Shown here piece after piece: positions 63,501-64,000 of a stretch of DNA of 64,000 nucleotides. The DNA is from Bacillota bacterium (GTDB taxonomy: Bacteria > Gemmatimonadota > Gemmatimonadetes > Gemmatimonadales > GWC2-71-9), in NCBI GenBank assembly GCA_050257015.1, contig JBLMWC010000125.1, positions 1,018-65,017 of the forward strand. Reading direction: 5' to 3'. The notes beneath the pieces were generated by a model. It did not search any database, was not told the DNA's origin, and was given only the letters and a program-made list of their open reading frames with translations. Position 1 is the first letter of the stretch. Every line of letters starts with the position of its first letter. The translations under genes and the position numbers were made by a program.

Positions 63501-63767
63501 GTCGCCCGCGGTCGAGTAGACATGTTCCACACCGGGCAGCTCGTACATCCGCCGCTCGATCGGGCGCACCAGCAGATTCTCGGTCTCGGTCGGCGTCGCG
63601 CCGGGAAGCGCCACCATGACGTCGATCATGGGGACCGAGATCTGCGGCTCCTCCTCTCTCGGCGTCGCGAGAATCGCCAGGAGCCCGACGGCCAGCGATG
63701 CCACAGTGACGAGCGGCGTGAGCTTCGAGCGGAGAAAGCGATCCGCGATGCGTCCCGCGATCCCCAT
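60588..63767 (-). CDS. RND efflux transporter permease (AcrB/HAE-type)
   Basis: ORF 60588..63767 (1059 aa). 12-TM architecture, with a TM4 motif GILVDDAIVVVEN of the hydrophobe/amphiphile type rather than the heavy-metal type. Confidence 0.9.
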   Translation of the reverse strand: MGIAGRIADRFLRSKLTPLVTVASLAVGLLAILATPREEEPQISVPMIDVMVALPGATPTETENLLVRPIERRMYELPGVEHVYSTAGDGFALVTVRFRVGENQEQSVVKVHAKLLAAADEAPFGATPPLVKPHSIDDVPIVTLTVHSSGYGSNELREIATHLADEVRTVPDVAETWVIGGQPRQIRVTLDPMRMVAAGVTPGEVGMALQAANARLQAGELATGNQVYLVRVGAPLRAAADVGSVVVSTRGGAAVSVRDVAMVTEEYGERTDYVSHAGQGAASESAVTISIAKRHGANATRVAEAVLERVDAAKTRLLPADVRVTVTRNYGETASDKASELILHLGIATVSVTILIWLFLGWREALVVLVAVPVTLALTLFAYYALGYTLNRITLFALIFSIGILVDDAIVVVENIYRHLLMGDKDPATAAVEGVDEVGNPTILATFTVIAAILPMAFVSGLMGPYMRPIPVGASVAMLASLAVAFIVTPYLALRLLRGHVATHPAANAGAPAALKPGRFGPLYARLMTGLMASRRRRRTFYGGVLGLLLLSMGLVAVRLVSVKMLPFDNKSEFQVVLDLPEGTTLETSAAVASEIAAYLRTVPEVESTELYAGTAAPFNFNGLVRHYFLRRGANVADVQVNLRPKGDRKRQSHAIAVAVRPAIDSIAGRYQASAKIAEIPPGPPVLSTLVAEVYAGDDGARLDAARRVKAVFESTPGVVDVDWTVEAPQMQLAFRVDRVRAATAGASVEQITQAVYLAQSGRTVGLAAQPSAREGVAIVPRLALENRSGAEALLALPVATPSGPQPLARFVTVDSSRRESARFRRDLRPVIYVTGDVAGTIESPVYAILAMNRRLDSVRVGGAEIRRYNAVQPERLDETALKWDGEWQITIEVFRDLGIAFAGALVLIYVLVVGWFQSFKIPLVIMAPIPLTLIGILPGHALTGAFFTATSMIGMIALAGIIVRNSILLVDFIQLAEERGASLAEAVVEAGSVRFRPIALTAAAVVVGGLVMVLDPIFQGLAVALMSGAVVATLLTMVVVPLLYWELRRRELAEGVTP

Positions 63768-63769
63768 CG

Positions 63770-64000
63770 TCAGCGGCCTCCCTCGGCGGCCTGCGGCACG
63801 AAGATCCGGTCACCGGCCCGAAGGCCGGAGAGCACCTCGACCAGTCCGTCGGCTGCGAGGCCGAGCCGCACCCACCGCCGCTCGAGCCCGCCGGCGGCCG
63901 AGATCCGGACGCCGGTGAGATCCCCTTCGCGGATGACGGCGGCCTCCGGGATGAGGATGCCGGTGCGGATCCCTTGTGGAATCCGCAGCATGGCGGCTCC
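63770..64000 (-). CDS. RND periplasmic adaptor (membrane fusion protein), C-terminal part; continues past the right edge
   Basis: ORF 63770..63991 is open to base 64000. Sequence: ...LIPEAAVIREGDLTGVRI...RWVRLGLAADGLVEVLSGLRAGDRIFV, typical of an MFP C-terminus. A GGGAGG SD for the RND gene lies in its last codons. Confidence 0.7.
   Translation of the reverse strand, partial: GAAMLRIPQGIRTGILIPEAAVIREGDLTGVRISAAGGLERRWVRLGLAADGLVEVLSGLRAGDRIFVPQAAEGGR

Overview
This is a GC-rich bacterial chromosomal segment with strong GC3 bias. Nearly every real gene is shadowed by long antisense ORFs, so I called strands from recognisable protein motifs, signal peptides, Shine-Dalgarno sites and start/stop coupling. 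I could run no database search. The gene content (83-aa F1 epsilon, F1-only atpAGDC cluster, TPR-tailed Ser/Thr kinase, CHASE/PAS hybrid kinases) would fit Gemmatimonadota or a similar high-GC Gram-negative lineage, but that is inference only.

I call about 65 protein genes, 6 tRNAs, 5 hairpin terminators and several promoter or operator candidates.

Most of the window is housekeeping: lipA-pdhA-pdhB-E2-lpd, dnaE-accA-PSP1-metG, atpAGDC, sigma70-family factor plus mlaEFD, and a six-tRNA operon (Ala-Gly-fMet-Val-Arg-Pro).

The less ordinary parts are:
- A hipBA toxin-antitoxin module whose AT-rich leader holds four 16-nt operator-like palindromes around a TTGCTG-N17-TATAAT promoter.
- A neighbouring CDGSH iron-sulfur protein in which the canonical His ligand is Cys (CDNTC).
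- A translationally coupled TPM / nucleotidyltransferase-fold (D-x-N instead of D-x-D/E) / LemA operon.
- A 280-bp lower-GC spacer with a perfect SD, a 32-codon ORF and a 29-nt palindrome directly upstream of a CPBP intramembrane protease.
- A perfect CRP-type palindrome (TGTGA-N6-TCACA) upstream of atpA, and an outer-membrane barrel gene coupled to a C-terminally truncated atpC.
- A Met/His-rich periplasmic protein coupled to an ACR3 arsenite permease with no arsR/arsC, facing an MFP-RND-small protein-DUF2892-DUF302 string.

I saw no CRISPR array, rRNA, transposase, integrase or phage gene.
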